This document shows positions 63,498 through 64,000 of a DNA stretch of 64,000 nucleotides, one piece after another. The stretch covers positions 11,410-75,409 of the forward strand of contig CAMYON010000001.1 of NCBI GenBank assembly GCA_947260025.1. Reading direction: 5' to 3'. The translations under genes were made by a program, and so were the position numbers. Each line of letters begins with the position of its first letter. Position 1 is the stretch's first letter. Source of the DNA: an uncultured Gammaproteobacteria bacterium. GTDB taxonomy: Bacteria; Pseudomonadota; Gammaproteobacteria; GCA-001735895. The notes below the pieces were generated by a model. The model was not told where the DNA came from. It did no database searches and saw only the letters and a list, made by a program, of their open reading frames with translations.

Positions 63498-64000
63498 GTG
63501 TTTAGTTTCAAATCAAGAGCCTGGCAATTAGGTTTAACCACGATTCTGCTGGTGTCTACCTACTTACTCAGCCTGACCTCGACTGTTTCGACCTTCGAGG
63601 GTAATTTTTTTCTGTATATCCTGGGTTTACAGCCGGAAGACCGGGAGTTAATCGCGATCTCATCGATGCGTATCGCTCCCCAGTGGAGCCTGCTACTGGT
63701 TTATGCGCTGATACTTGCCATTTACGTGAGCAAGTACACGCGCTCGCGCACCACGGCGGTCTCGATCCTGACGATGATACTGGTGCTCTTCGGGCTGTTG
63801 ATGCTGGAAGTCATGCTTGCCGTTTTTGTGCAAATCTTTTTGCCGGTAGTATTTCCCGCACTCGTCATGTTGCTGGTTTCGGCGATTTTCTGGGCGCTGG
63901 ATCTTTACCAGGGTTTCGCTACCAGCATGCTGACCCAGCAAAAAACCATTGCCCTGTCCGACGTGCAAACGCGCATCGAAAAGGGAGATTTGCGTACCGC
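63498..64000 (+). CDS. Hypothetical multi-TM membrane protein, 3'-truncated by window edge
   Basis: The frame is open from GTG 63498 to the window end, VFSFKSRAWQLGLTTILLVSTYLL...MLLVSAIFWALDLYQG, with alternating hydrophobic helices. It is not in the track because there is no stop. The 63693..63968 (-) track ORF is its low-complexity antisense. Confidence 0.3.
   Translation, partial: MFSFKSRAWQLGLTTILLVSTYLLSLTSTVSTFEGNFFLYILGLQPEDRELIAISSMRIAPQWSLLLVYALILAIYVSKYTRSRTTAVSILTMILVLFGLLMLEVMLAVFVQIFLPVVFPALVMLLVSAIFWALDLYQGFATSMLTQQKTIALSDVQTRIEKGDLRT

Overview
This ~64 kb window is a chromosomal segment from a mid-to-high-GC gammaproteobacterium. Gene order matches Pseudomonas and Marinobacter-type genomes in short blocks, but the blocks are rearranged relative to Pseudomonas. 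The blocks are ppiD-fabI ... mltD-yafS-rnhA-dnaQ; smpB; ffs-dnaX-ybaB-recR; rsgA-(M48)-orn-motAB; lpxC-M23-secA-argJ-mutT; zapD-coaE-pilDCBA-pilRS; dksA; argA; argD-argF; grxD; rnt-pyrC; aceE-aceF-lpd; ybfF; motY; and btuB-pduO. Almost all of it is core housekeeping. I see no CRISPR array, no transposase or integrase, and no tRNA.

The clearly accessory part is a roughly 8 kb signalling island at 3.8-11.9 kb, inserted in the variable fabI/avtA-mltD gap and all on the minus strand. It contains a CHASE2-sensor class III adenylate cyclase, a dual-FHA protein, a PP2C phosphatase, a CHASE2-sensor Ser/Thr kinase, and a protein with two cNMP-binding domains fused to a rhodanese domain. This cluster is the most likely candidate for an undescribed system.

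Other signals read directly from the sequence:
- an E. coli-type dnaX -1 programmed frameshift site (A AAA AAG, then an immediate UGA in the -1 frame)
- an SRP RNA gene upstream of dnaX
- a cobalamin riboswitch in front of a btuB-like TonB receptor and a PduO-type adenosyltransferase
- a perfect sigma-54 promoter plus an upstream palindrome in front of pilA, with pilS-pilR immediately upstream
- a FliA-type promoter in front of motAB, followed by a PilZ gene overlapping motB
- two degenerate GGDEF proteins
- a DksA homolog that has lost 3 of the 4 zinc-finger cysteines
- a lipoyl-domain-fused E3 in the pyruvate dehydrogenase operon

Many long antisense ORFs in the six-frame track are artefacts of the GC content. 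Coordinates of small hand-mapped motifs may be off by 1-2 nt.
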